Under the pieces are notes generated by a model, which saw only the letters and a list, made by a program, of their open reading frames with translations, did no database searches and was not told the DNA's origin. Shown here one piece after another: positions 52,201 through 61,414 of a DNA stretch of 64,000 bases. A program made the translations under genes and the position numbers. Position 1 is the first letter of the stretch. Each line of letters starts with the position of its first letter. Source of the DNA: a virus; IMG/VR virus record IMGVR_UViG_3300030004_000009, positions 1 to 64,000 of that record. The stretch is one strand, 5' to 3'.

Positions 52201-54087
52201 AATTTTGAAGCAAAAGAAGGTGGTGGTTATACAATGCTTAATGATCCTAGGGATAATCCACATAACATAAGGCAACAATATGATTTTTATGAAGCTACTA
52301 CTGATGATGGTAGAATAGATGGTAAGATGTTAAAAAGACTTGGTGAAAGTGGAGGTATTATTGATATTAAAGATCCTAGATTTAACATGATAGGTAACAA
52401 TGGCACTAGAATACCTATATATAGGAAAGTAATGAGAGTGCTTGATGATGGAACAGTTGTTATAGCATCACGAGCTAATAAAGATATACAAGTTAATGAT
52501 AACTTTACACGTAAAGCTGGTGATTATTTTGCAAGTTATGTACGTCCTGAAAATATAGCAAGAATAGGTCTTAATATAGGAAAACTATCAAAAGATCCTA
52601 AAACACAAGAAATTCATTCAGATATGAATGAAGAACTTCTAAATAGACGTAAATGGTTATTTGAACGTACTAAAGCTGATCGTGATTTTAATAATTTCAC
52701 TTTTGCTAAAACTATGCAAGATGTTAAAGGACTTAATAGTAAACCTATAAATTTAGAACAAAATTATTGGCGCTTTATTCCTTTAACTAACATAATATTA
52801 GATCCTCTTACAAAAGAACAAATGAATGAGAATGAAAAGGAAGGTAGAGACCGTAATTACGATCCACGTCCTACTAAGTTCTTAGATAAAAACTTTAATG
52901 AGGTAGAACCTGATAAAGCTGCTTACGTTAAAGCTACAATGCATAAGAATAGTGAAGATTTGTATTATGTACATCGTGGTGTAATGACTAAGTCTACATT
53001 TATAAATCCTAGACTTGCAATAGTAGATACACAATTTGGAAAGAGATTTAGACCTGAACTTATAAAGGCATTAAAACCTGGCGATTGGGTTCAATATCGT
53101 ACTTCAAGTGGAGCCCCATTTGATGCAGTAATAGAGCGTACTGAAGGTGGTAATATCTATACTTTAAATACAGATATGACGACAAGTCAAGTAACTCCTA
53201 GTAAGGTTACTGCAATTAGAATGTCATATCGTAATGATATACCAAGTGGATTTAAACGTAGTAGAGATCTTGAAACACTTTTAAAACAGAAAGCTCAAAT
53301 TGATGATGCAAACTCTTCTATTAAACAATCAAGAGATAACAATGGAACACAAAGTAAAGATACACCTTTCTCACTTGATGCACAATACAAATCACCTAAA
53401 TCTTCAATTCGCGCATTACGAACAATTGGAAATAGGCTTCAAGAGTTAAATCCAGAAGTACAACTTAATTATGTTGATAATCAAGACCTACAAGAACTTC
53501 AAAAAACAACTAATTATGACTACTCTAACTCTCGTGCTTTCGTCTTAAAAGGTCAAGTGTATATAAATACTGATAAAGCTTCAATAAGTGATCAGATACA
53601 TGAATATGCTCATTTGTTCCTTAATTCATTAAAATATGAAAATCCTAAATTATATAGCGCTATAGTGGGCGTAACTAAGAATCACTCTTTATTTGATAAT
53701 ATAGCTATCGACTATTCACATCTTGAAGGTGACGATCTCAATGAAGAAGCTTTTGTAACAATATTAGGTGAATATTTACATGGTAAACTTCTATCTAAAG
53801 ACCAGCAAAATATGGATAGTAATCAAGACTTATTGTTAGGTTTTGCTCAATATACAAAAGACAAACTTACTCAAGCACTTAATAAAGAAGTGACATCAAT
53901 ATATGATATAGACGCTAAAGAAATCTTAACACTACCTTGGGAAGATGTAATTAATCTTGTAGGTGATCATGTAATGAATAATAAAATAACTGATGTTTAT
54001 GATCAGTATCCTATATCAGATACTAAAGATGTTAACCTTTTAAAGAATGAGTTACGAGACAAAGGTTATTTAACTCAACAATGTTAA
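49210..54087 (+). CDS. giant protein with two zincin-like metallopeptidase domains
   Basis: LIHELLHAV...HEFIA (about 49910-50080) and QIHEYAHLF...NEEAFV (about 53590-53760). The only Cys residues are at positions 5 and 1625. Confidence 0.8.
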   Translation: MKSNCIITIKIGDKEIQLDPGANISQEDFNVLAKTMPADKLRELYSDLKSNITLDDILKSNDANLINAGKEYYQSLINDTKDKFLTILKAIQLEKDPERLKELITYASSLDPKEKLTHGNFMIDPQDSYKSSPYSPDQIKNLVFSKVGDKVQLFNDLLKLPGMESVKMSIAYASEWNNDPKFTKVGGAYISPDNIVQIVLPPIPTHIIKGVPSKVLTINQENITKTAKAQVQDVLIHELLHAVYSELYRSNSIFKKQIDNIYDKAIQEKPELTKKYGEKKNDEGKHEFIASIFNDGTLQNLLTDIPSEDGNVSLFDSFTNLLNKDKNGVVPGITKPTLLRDFINIISAKIPIIGSKELLDTVAANEAIQDDRNIFYIGGSTPIDDEENMSPNDQTDTKYGNNRKAFYANQRFNEKWGDNSFKRDSYFKGTESDPKPARLDILRPDDVIIIPWVNYVKATQVNGVKIPGYYQEVGGVMKEIVGKDGKPKLVPVMKGDKLAPPVPIIRDENGKIQKTKEGYIVEERTQAFPVIYPNINSQHITVAKTTLKINDEFRPIPIKGKSDSSSGYNTISFPYSLIKGVRELDRSYFDHNTDYTKQLNDTKAELTKVEKLIAKLDPKNTINNEKLFDDQQFLTNRVKKLPELVQKAADIKAQIKDLYKTYIFEHNEGGKTYMNVAKHEYIGYRPNVDVTNHEFRDSPAFKLWKHPTLKTIDGKPQWYVAPNTNIFDVFWDGDVAKDYARHSEQLSNAISAGDLVRSKGDAEFPIAGTDIMQKVKLNRWYTVVKRVANGIQVATQEGQGMIIPFNMVNAYAKNKRTNDYQSMLSDYKQQVIDFNDDAFININGKTTYSSEIKGKKLINPPIQRTNSDGQPIETEEESSVRFDNNLDLIKSRIQPGESFVRISKRYTNDSGKTVTYPLNGLVLAKTDDALIVFTAEDLRSSTHDPVTIIQTIKYDSRLTPESGLEITHVMENTAHARRAYEEFAAERGKYETNKQTANFEAKEGGGYTMLNDPRDNPHNIRQQYDFYEATTDDGRIDGKMLKRLGESGGIIDIKDPRFNMIGNNGTRIPIYRKVMRVLDDGTVVIASRANKDIQVNDNFTRKAGDYFASYVRPENIARIGLNIGKLSKDPKTQEIHSDMNEELLNRRKWLFERTKADRDFNNFTFAKTMQDVKGLNSKPINLEQNYWRFIPLTNIILDPLTKEQMNENEKEGRDRNYDPRPTKFLDKNFNEVEPDKAAYVKATMHKNSEDLYYVHRGVMTKSTFINPRLAIVDTQFGKRFRPELIKALKPGDWVQYRTSSGAPFDAVIERTEGGNIYTLNTDMTTSQVTPSKVTAIRMSYRNDIPSGFKRSRDLETLLKQKAQIDDANSSIKQSRDNNGTQSKDTPFSLDAQYKSPKSSIRALRTIGNRLQELNPEVQLNYVDNQDLQELQKTTNYDYSNSRAFVLKGQVYINTDKASISDQIHEYAHLFLNSLKYENPKLYSAIVGVTKNHSLFDNIAIDYSHLEGDDLNEEAFVTILGEYLHGKLLSKDQQNMDSNQDLLLGFAQYTKDKLTQALNKEVTSIYDIDAKEILTLPWEDVINLVGDHVMNNKITDVYDQYPISDTKDVNLLKNELRDKGYLTQQC

Positions 54088-54089
54088 TT

Positions 54090-57000
54090 ATGGATTGCGC
54101 ATTTAGAATAAAATTAAACGGACAGTTACATGAATTTAACTCTGAAGAGGAGTTAAATTCATTTTTACGTGAAAATAGAAGAACACTTAGTTCTCAATTA
54201 TTATCAGATAAAGTGTTATTTAGTAACGATAGAAGTTATCAACAACAGATATATCAAGAACTAAGAGAACGTTCTAATCTTGTTAACTATAAAGACGAAG
54301 ATCATAGTTATAGTGTAATTGATAGAGAAACGGGAAAGGTAGTATCACTAACACCTGTAACTAAAATCTTAAGTAAAGAAGAGAGTGAAAAACGTTTTGG
54401 AATGGAGATAATAAGGCCATTTAACTTAGAGAATTGGCAAGCTAAAGCATATGCAGATATGATGAAAGCAGTTAACCCTGATGGTACTCCTAGGTATACT
54501 CAACAACAAGCTTTAGATATTCTACAGAAACAAATAAAATCTTGGCAAACTCAAACATTACTTGGTACTTCTTGGCATACAATAGCTCAACAGTTCTTTA
54601 ATGGTAACATCACAGAAAGTAGGGATATTATACAATTATTCCCTGAATTAACAGGTTTAACTAGTCACGTACTTAATAAATACATTGATGAACTTAAGAA
54701 GTTTAAAGCTAGTTTAGATCTAAAATATCCTAATGCTTTATATGCAACTGAAATTAGAACATTTGATATAAAAGCTAAAATAGCAGGAACTATGGATCTA
54801 GTTGTAGTTGATGAATTAGGTAAACAACATATCTATGATTACAAGACTTCAATAAAGAATGAGAATGAATGGGGTAAAGATAAAATAAAGAGTAACAATT
54901 ATCAACTTATGTTTTATCGTCAGATACAACGACGTGCAGGTTATGATGTACAAAGTACTCATATACTTCCAGTTCTTCTTAAAGATATTGATTACAATAC
55001 AAATACTATTTATGACTTTGATATAGGACAAGACTCCAATCGTCAATTTAGGGAAACTGATCCTGAAATGCAGAATGTTAAGAAGATAATGCCTTATACA
55101 GTTGACACAAGAGGTATAGTTGATAATGCGAATGTCCATAAGTTTATGAAAGAGACATTTAACTTTGAACAGAAAAAAACAGTACAGGGTAGTAAGTCAG
55201 TGGATGACGAATATGATAATATGCTTGCACATAGTAAGTCCCCAACTGCTAAATTATGGTATTATCATCCATACAATGCTAATAATACTAGTTACCCAAT
55301 TAGTAAGGAACTACCTGTTAATGAAATTAAAGCTGAGATAGCAAGAGTTCTTAAAGATTGGGAAAATGAAAACTCTACACTCCCAGAAAGGATGGGAACA
55401 TTCATTAATGACGCTAAAAAGGTAATACAGGATGGTGGTGGTTATGAAGATGTAAAATGGAGTAATTTTACAACTAAAAATACTAAAGCTGATAACGATA
55501 CAATACTTAAAGCAAAATCTTTACTTCATAAATATATAAATGATCCATTATGGCAAGTGGTAAAAAGTGATCCAGCAGCAGATCTTAATATCTTACAAAT
55601 AGAACACACAGGAACAAATGAAGTTGATTTTATAGCTCTTAGTAGTTCTGATCTTAATGCAGCACCAGAACTTGTTGTTAAAGGTGCTACTACAGTACTT
55701 GGTAATTTTCTATCTGACACTAAAGCTAAATCTATAGTTGGTATTCATAAAGTAACAAATGGTGATGTTGAGCTTTTAAAAGTCTATAGTTTCATTAAAG
55801 ACAATAAAAGTAGTTTTATTGATAAAAATATAGGTTCAATTAAAGCCATTAATATTATGGAAGGTAACCTTATAGGTAATGAGAAGATGCAAATGTTAGG
55901 ACAGCTTGAAACATGGTATAATGCACTTAGAAAGCAAATTGATCCAAACTTAGGTTTACCTAAGAATGACTGGCTTCCTAAACAACTTGATCCAACTCGT
56001 GCTCTTATTACTCGTATGTCAGAACTTTTAACTGATAAGAGGTGGACTAGTATAACAAGTAATATTACAAAGACTAAAGGTATACTTGATAGATTAGGTA
56101 ATCTTACATATGCAGACATTAATGAACGAAGAAAACTACTTGGTGAAATGTCTGAAATGCTACGTGGTTATGTTGGTAACAATACTAAAGTATTAGGAGC
56201 TGTAGAGTATAGAGATATTGAAAGGTGTTTAGAGTTAGCTGGTCAATCTCTTATTGAATTAGAAAGATTGGATATATGGCATGAACGTGATGTAGCTGTG
56301 TTAGGTAATATTATAGGATCTAACAACACTCTTATGGGAACACCTAATTTAGCACAACATCCTTTGCAAACAGCTACAGTTCAAGTTGTTAATAGAGCAA
56401 TGAGTGATGCTCGTTCTGCATTTTTGGAGTTTCTTAATAAATCTGGTGGATGGCGTGATACTTTAGATAAGTTTTATACTAAAAGTTCTACTACTTTTCA
56501 AATTAAAGCTGTAGGCTATAACTATCCAGCTTGGGAAAAGCTTATAGATACAGATAACATGAGATTTAAAGATGTTAATGATCCTAAATCAAATTTAGCT
56601 GATTTCCAAAAACAAACTATAACTACTATTCTTAATCAAATTAATACTATACGTACTAATAAAATGTTAGAAAGTGGTAGAAATCAAGATTATGTTGATA
56701 ATTTTTTATTATCAGAGGAATCTCGTAATATACCTCTTTTAAACGCTTCTTTACTTTCTTCATTTAAAGGTAGAAATCTAAGTCAATTTATAGATGGTGT
56801 GTATCGTGATATACTTAATCCTAATAATTTTCTTAAGAATGATACAAAGTCAAAAGATGCAATGCGTACTCAAAATGAAATGTTTAATGGATTTAATATT
56901 AGTGATTTAGATCTTGATACAAGACAACAAAAAGTAGACGAAGCAAAAAAAGGTGATTTTGAAACTGATATAGAACTAGTATTTTCTACTTATATGATGG

Positions 57001-58541
57001 CACATCATAGAGAAGAACAATATAATAAATATTTACCGGTACTTAATGCTCTTAAAGATGTAGGTATGATTAGTACAGTACTCGGTTATAACGATACTAC
57101 AAATGTCACTAAATGGCAAAACGACTTTATTCAAACAACACTTTTTGGTGCTAGTCTTATAGCAGGTGAATCAGAAACATTAGCAGCTGTTACTAATACA
57201 ATAAGAAATATATCTTCTAATGCTACTATGCTTCTTAATTGGGGTGCAGGAGCAACAGAAATGTCAACTGGCTTCTTTGCTAATATTGTTACATTAATGG
57301 CAAATAAATATTCAGAGTTTAATTTTGGATTAAAAGATTATTTACAAGCTCATGCTATAGTAGGTGGTACAATGAATCAAAACAAAATGACATATGTCTC
57401 TCCTGGTTTTAGTGATGCTCTTAATGAAATTTATGGTCTAGCACATATGGATGTAAGTCAAATGGTACATCAAACACAACAGGGTGTTGGTGGAGGTATT
57501 CACTTTATATCTAGAATAGGTAGGTGGTTTACAACATTTCCGGGATGGTATAATAGGATGCTTATATTTAACTCGCAAGCTATTAAGGATGGTACTATCA
57601 CACTTGATAGTACAGGTCAGATAAGTAAAGACTCAGCTCATCAAATGATAAATGATCGTTTAGTTTATAATGAAAAGCTTGATAAAAGATTTAGTCTCTA
57701 TACGAACAATAAAGCTATGCCTGATTCACGTAAAACTGAAGAGTATAAAAAGCAAGAAGCGTTATATAAAGTAATAAGACAAGAATTAGAAAGTGAACCT
57801 GGAGGTATTAAGGAAGGTGATGGTACTTTAGCTCGTGCTTACACAAGTCGTCAGGCTACAGCTATGCGAACTTTTGCTAATGATATACACGGTAATTATG
57901 ATGCAGTTGATAGAAGTACTTTTGATAAAACCGCTTTTGGTAGGATATTTTTACAATTTAAAGGTTGGTTAACAGTTAAGAAGAATCGTTGGTTTACAGA
58001 AACTGATACTAACAATCAGACTAGAGGGCATTTTCAAGAAGTTCTTGATGATGAAGGGAAAGTTAAGATAGGTGAAGATGGTCTTCCTATTATGGAATGG
58101 AAAGGTAAGTATATGGAAGGTATAGCACAGACAATATTTGCTATGTATCATGAACTAGAGACTAATAAGTTTAATGTAGTTAAATCGTGGAATAACATGA
58201 ATGCAACTCAAAAAGCTAATTTTGCTTATCTACTTGGTGATACACTTGTACTTGGAGTTATAATGTCTATAATAGCTGCATTTAGTGAACCTAATATGGC
58301 TAAGGATAATCCACTTGGATATAGAGCAGTAAGTGCTCTTCGTAACTCATCACGAGATTTCTTTATTTGTTCTACAGTTACGGCAGTCTCAGGGCCTGAT
58401 AACCCTCTTTCGTCTATAGCATGGAGTCAAAAAGTTCTAACTGATACTTGGCAAGTTGCTAGTGGTTCTAAAAGTCCTGATGCTATTTTAAAGAATTTAA
58501 GTATCTATAGGACTATTAATGGTTTAAGTACAATTCATTAA
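54090..58541 (+). CDS. giant protein with an N-terminal PD-(D/E)xK (RecB/Cas4-like) nuclease and a C-terminal hydrophobic region
   Basis: GTSWH...TE...AGTMDLVV......IYDYKTS...YQL.FY. Transmembrane-like segment YLLGDTLVLGVIMSIIAAF. ATG 54090 (MDC) is preferred over the overlapping 54081. Confidence 0.8.
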   Translation: MDCAFRIKLNGQLHEFNSEEELNSFLRENRRTLSSQLLSDKVLFSNDRSYQQQIYQELRERSNLVNYKDEDHSYSVIDRETGKVVSLTPVTKILSKEESEKRFGMEIIRPFNLENWQAKAYADMMKAVNPDGTPRYTQQQALDILQKQIKSWQTQTLLGTSWHTIAQQFFNGNITESRDIIQLFPELTGLTSHVLNKYIDELKKFKASLDLKYPNALYATEIRTFDIKAKIAGTMDLVVVDELGKQHIYDYKTSIKNENEWGKDKIKSNNYQLMFYRQIQRRAGYDVQSTHILPVLLKDIDYNTNTIYDFDIGQDSNRQFRETDPEMQNVKKIMPYTVDTRGIVDNANVHKFMKETFNFEQKKTVQGSKSVDDEYDNMLAHSKSPTAKLWYYHPYNANNTSYPISKELPVNEIKAEIARVLKDWENENSTLPERMGTFINDAKKVIQDGGGYEDVKWSNFTTKNTKADNDTILKAKSLLHKYINDPLWQVVKSDPAADLNILQIEHTGTNEVDFIALSSSDLNAAPELVVKGATTVLGNFLSDTKAKSIVGIHKVTNGDVELLKVYSFIKDNKSSFIDKNIGSIKAINIMEGNLIGNEKMQMLGQLETWYNALRKQIDPNLGLPKNDWLPKQLDPTRALITRMSELLTDKRWTSITSNITKTKGILDRLGNLTYADINERRKLLGEMSEMLRGYVGNNTKVLGAVEYRDIERCLELAGQSLIELERLDIWHERDVAVLGNIIGSNNTLMGTPNLAQHPLQTATVQVVNRAMSDARSAFLEFLNKSGGWRDTLDKFYTKSSTTFQIKAVGYNYPAWEKLIDTDNMRFKDVNDPKSNLADFQKQTITTILNQINTIRTNKMLESGRNQDYVDNFLLSEESRNIPLLNASLLSSFKGRNLSQFIDGVYRDILNPNNFLKNDTKSKDAMRTQNEMFNGFNISDLDLDTRQQKVDEAKKGDFETDIELVFSTYMMAHHREEQYNKYLPVLNALKDVGMISTVLGYNDTTNVTKWQNDFIQTTLFGASLIAGESETLAAVTNTIRNISSNATMLLNWGAGATEMSTGFFANIVTLMANKYSEFNFGLKDYLQAHAIVGGTMNQNKMTYVSPGFSDALNEIYGLAHMDVSQMVHQTQQGVGGGIHFISRIGRWFTTFPGWYNRMLIFNSQAIKDGTITLDSTGQISKDSAHQMINDRLVYNEKLDKRFSLYTNNKAMPDSRKTEEYKKQEALYKVIRQELESEPGGIKEGDGTLARAYTSRQATAMRTFANDIHGNYDAVDRSTFDKTAFGRIFLQFKGWLTVKKNRWFTETDTNNQTRGHFQEVLDDEGKVKIGEDGLPIMEWKGKYMEGIAQTIFAMYHELETNKFNVVKSWNNMNATQKANFAYLLGDTLVLGVIMSIIAAFSEPNMAKDNPLGYRAVSALRNSSRDFFICSTVTAVSGPDNPLSSIAWSQKVLTDTWQVASGSKSPDAILKNLSIYRTINGLSTIH

Positions 58542-58583
58542 AAAAAATAAGCCATACAATCCAATTAAGGACTGTATGGCTTT
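58541..58583. terminator. terminator between convergent operons
   Basis: A run followed by AAGCCATACA-ATCC-AATTAA-GGAC-TGTATGGCTTT. Confidence 0.7.
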
Positions 58584-58584
58584 C

Positions 58585-59043
58585 TCATTTTGTATTATAT
58601 AGTTTTATTTCTTTTAATCTACGTTCTTTTAAACCTTCATCTGCAACCAATTGACCATCTTTATGTATCTTATCCCACATTAAAAATGCAGTTGATACAT
58701 CTTGTTTAGCATTCACTTTCTTTAATAAAGTAGAACCTTTTAAATGACCAACGTTATAGTCAAAGTCTACTAAAGCATTAAATTCATTCTGAGTTAGATC
58801 ATCACGTGTAACTGAAGAAACTGCATATTCATAAGGCTTTATAAGTAGTTTTAACATACTCTGTGCTTGTAACTCTGTAATATTAGGATCTCCATGTTGT
58901 ACCTTCTTACCAGTTGCAGGATAGTATGTGAAGCCATAACCAATTGTTGGTACACCTGCATCATCGCCATATACTCTAGACACAAAACCTTCATTACTAG
59001 CTATAAAGTCTAAGCCTGTCTGATTTATTGTCGTTATTCTCAT
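58585..59043 (-). CDS. GH24 phage lysozyme (endolysin candidate)
   Basis: E-x8-D-x5-T triad in NEGFVSRVYGDDAGVPTIGYG; also QNEFNALVDF.YNVG and GL..RR..E. Confidence 0.92.
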   Translation of the reverse strand: MRITTINQTGLDFIASNEGFVSRVYGDDAGVPTIGYGFTYYPATGKKVQHGDPNITELQAQSMLKLLIKPYEYAVSSVTRDDLTQNEFNALVDFDYNVGHLKGSTLLKKVNAKQDVSTAFLMWDKIHKDGQLVADEGLKERRLKEIKLYNTK

Positions 59044-59756
59044 ATTTTAGAGTTGTAAAGTGAATTTGCTATTCCTATTCTAATATCATATCTTGCAACT
59101 TTAGGATCAGAACTAGGACCTTCAAAGTATTTACCAAAATTTAAAGCTGCTTCTTCTGGTGTTTTAGAGGTTAAAGTTCTTCTAATAGCACTCTCTTGCC
59201 CTGGTTCTTGTAAAATATAATCAAGTTGTGTAGGTAAATCTAATATATCTCTACTTCTCTTTTGAGACCAATCTTGAAATGCCTTCCATCTATCTCCCAC
59301 ACCCCACTGAGCAATACCTCTTCCAGGTCCTCCATTATTTTGTTGTCGTGTTGGATCAACTCCACTTTCTTGAAATAGATTTCCTACAATTCCTGCTGCT
59401 GCTTCTTTAGATATATTTTTATTATTTACTAAATATTTATAAGCACTTAATGCTGCTTGATTAGGATTTACTGAAGTTTCTTGTTTTACAACATTAACTT
59501 TTGGAGTGATTGTAGGTGTTATTACAGGATCTATCTTAGGAGGATCTATAGGTTTACTTACTGGTTGATATAAAGGTGCTATAAGAGCATTATCTAATAA
59601 ATTAGAACTATAATCTATATTTGGTATATCTACTTTTGCTGGTGTATTAGCTTTATAGTTTAAAAAACCTAAATCTGAATCATCAAGGTTATTAAAGTCT
59701 TTATACTTCGCTACTTTTTCTTCTGGTGAAAGGTTATTAAATGTTAAGGAATCCAT
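59040..59756 (-). CDS. phage tail-type lysozyme (Phage_lysozyme2-like) domain protein
   Basis: AAAGIVGNLFQESG.DP...GRGIAQW...RW...QLDY...FE.P. Start placed at 59756 (MDSL) because a promoter lies at 59765-59796. Confidence 0.85.
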   Translation of the reverse strand: MDSLTFNNLSPEEKVAKYKDFNNLDDSDLGFLNYKANTPAKVDIPNIDYSSNLLDNALIAPLYQPVSKPIDPPKIDPVITPTITPKVNVVKQETSVNPNQAALSAYKYLVNNKNISKEAAAGIVGNLFQESGVDPTRQQNNGGPGRGIAQWGVGDRWKAFQDWSQKRSRDILDLPTQLDYILQEPGQESAIRRTLTSKTPEEAALNFGKYFEGPSSDPKVARYDIRIGIANSLYNSKI

Positions 59757-59764
59757 AATTTTTG

Positions 59765-59796
59765 CAAATATAACACTTTTATTTGATATAATCAAA
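59765..59796 (-). promoter_or_regulatory. Bacteroidota-type promoter for the lysozyme pair
   Basis: The reverse complement reads TTTG-N20-TATATTTG. Confidence 0.75.
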
Positions 59797-59803
59797 TCAA
59801 ATT

Positions 59804-59848
59804 AAAAAAATAGGGAGATACAACAGCATAAGCCGTCATATCTCCCTA
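59804..59848 (-). terminator. intrinsic terminator after the phosphoesterase gene
   Basis: A7 followed by the stem TAGGGAGATA...TATCTCCCTA. Confidence 0.75.
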
Positions 59849-59857
59849 AGATTTAAT

Positions 59858-60667
59858 TTATGTATTTTGATAAAGGATGTGCTCTTCATCATTTGTTATG
59901 TCAATAAGACTTAACTTACCACCAAAAACACATCCGGTATCAAGATTAACTAATTGTCCTAAGTACATAGGTTTAGTGTTTAATGCCCCACTAGGTAACC
60001 AATTAGAATCAAGTTTATTATCCTGTGTCTTTTTCTTAAAAGTTATAGTTGGTGTATGACCTATAAACACACGTTTAAAACAATTAACATCTGGATAATT
60101 ACTCACTGGTCTATTATCTTCCCAAAATGATCCAAGGTGTTGAACTAAATCTCTATCCCATATTATAAAGTTAGGTGATTGTTCTTCTATTTTCATCATA
60201 GGATCATAACCACCATGTACAAATAATCTATTCTGACCATCTATATAATAAGGTAGTTGATTAAGAAAGAAATCACGATGTGTTTTAGGCATGTGCCTAG
60301 GTTCAAAATTAGTACTTATATGCTTCTTCCACTTTAAAGTCCAATACACACCTTCTGCCTCTAATTCTAAACTATTAATATAAGATTCAATTGTCTTACA
60401 ACTCTTATGTTCCCAAGGATGATAACCAGTCTCTATGAAATATTTCATATGGTAATCGTGGTTACCTTGTATTGCTATTAAGTTTGGTATACTTAAGAGT
60501 GTTTCAATAACACCATAAGAATCTGGTCCACGATCAGTGCAATCTCCAATATGAATAAGAGTGTCCACTCCACGCTTGAATTCACTAAGTTCCAGAACTT
60601 CACAAAGTTCCTTATTACAGCCGTGACTATCTGTTGTAACAAATATTCTAGGTTCTCTTTCATTCAT
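59858..60667 (-). CDS. calcineurin-like metallophosphoesterase (PPP/lambda-phosphatase type)
   Basis: DSHG, GDCTDRG, GNHD, VHGG, GHTP and LDTG motifs are all intact. Confidence 0.92.
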   Translation of the reverse strand: MNEREPRIFVTTDSHGCNKELCEVLELSEFKRGVDTLIHIGDCTDRGPDSYGVIETLLSIPNLIAIQGNHDYHMKYFIETGYHPWEHKSCKTIESYINSLELEAEGVYWTLKWKKHISTNFEPRHMPKTHRDFFLNQLPYYIDGQNRLFVHGGYDPMMKIEEQSPNFIIWDRDLVQHLGSFWEDNRPVSNYPDVNCFKRVFIGHTPTITFKKKTQDNKLDSNWLPSGALNTKPMYLGQLVNLDTGCVFGGKLSLIDITNDEEHILYQNT

Positions 60668-60986
60668 TTTTAAATATATCTTCTAAACTAACACCTACTA
60701 ATGCAGCCACTTGTTTAAGTAATTTTACTTTATCTTCCATTTCACAATGAGGCTCATTATTCTTCTTGTCGTATTCTAAAGCTCTTTCAAGCAATTTCTT
60801 CATCTCCAAAACCTCTGATTTAAGTTTATCAAACTCAACTTGACTTACACCTTGAGGCCAAGTGATATTAGTATTAGGACTTATTACTGGTTGAATAGGT
60901 CTTGTTGTTGGATATGGCCAACTCTGTGGTTGCCAATCTTTCCATTTATCATTATAGTGGTCTCCGACCATCGAAACTACACACAT
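60660..60986 (-). CDS. hypothetical protein
   Basis: 108 aa, overlapping both neighbours; coiled-coil-like C-terminal half. Confidence 0.7.
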   Translation of the reverse strand: MCVVSMVGDHYNDKWKDWQPQSWPYPTTRPIQPVISPNTNITWPQGVSQVEFDKLKSEVLEMKKLLERALEYDKKNNEPHCEMEDKVKLLKQVAALVGVSLEDIFKNE

Positions 60987-61414
60987 TATGTTACTATTTT
61001 ACTTACTAATCCACTTACTGTTTTACCATCTGTCATCCCACCTGATGCTTTTACTACTTCCTTAACTATAGCTCCCATATTCTTCTTAATTGGAGTTAAG
61101 CCTGTTTCTTTAATAACTACTGTAATTAAAGCACTAACTTGTTCTGTAGTCATTTGTTGAGGTATATACTGTTCAATTATAGCTGCTTCTGCTAAGTCAG
61201 TAACTGCCATCTGTGGATATTGTGCTGCATTCTCTTTACGAGCCTTTACCATTTTCTGTAAGGTTGACATATAGTCACTTTCAGTTGGTGTCTTTCCTGC
61301 TTTTTCTAAAGTTAAGAATGCAGCTTTAACTAACTTTAATGTATCTCTTGTGTTGTTATCTTTTGTTTTAACTGATGCAGTATAAGCATCATTAATCGTC
61401 TTTACTATGCTCAT
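60986..61414 (-). CDS. GatB/YqeY domain protein
   Basis: A.K.KD....DTL..VKA...KMVK.RKE.A.QY...E..II.QY.PQQM...KNMG.IVK.....GG..DGK.VS..V. Confidence 0.88.
   Translation of the reverse strand: MSIVKTINDAYTASVKTKDNNTRDTLKLVKAAFLTLEKAGKTPTESDYMSTLQKMVKARKENAAQYPQMAVTDLAEAAIIEQYIPQQMTTEQVSALITVVIKETGLTPIKKNMGAIVKEVVKASGGMTDGKTVSGLVSKIVT

Noticed and set aside
59757-59795. Longer start (MIISNK...) for the tail-type lysozyme
   Set aside because: This stretch coincides with a consensus promoter, so the downstream ATG is more plausible.
565-61160. Short antisense or alternate-frame ORFs (e.g. 565-885, 14184-14699, 21078-21371, 23434-23697, 33229-33444, 54849-56119, 60840-61160)
   Set aside because: They lie within or opposite well-supported genes, have no recognisable motifs, and are expected by chance from codon bias.
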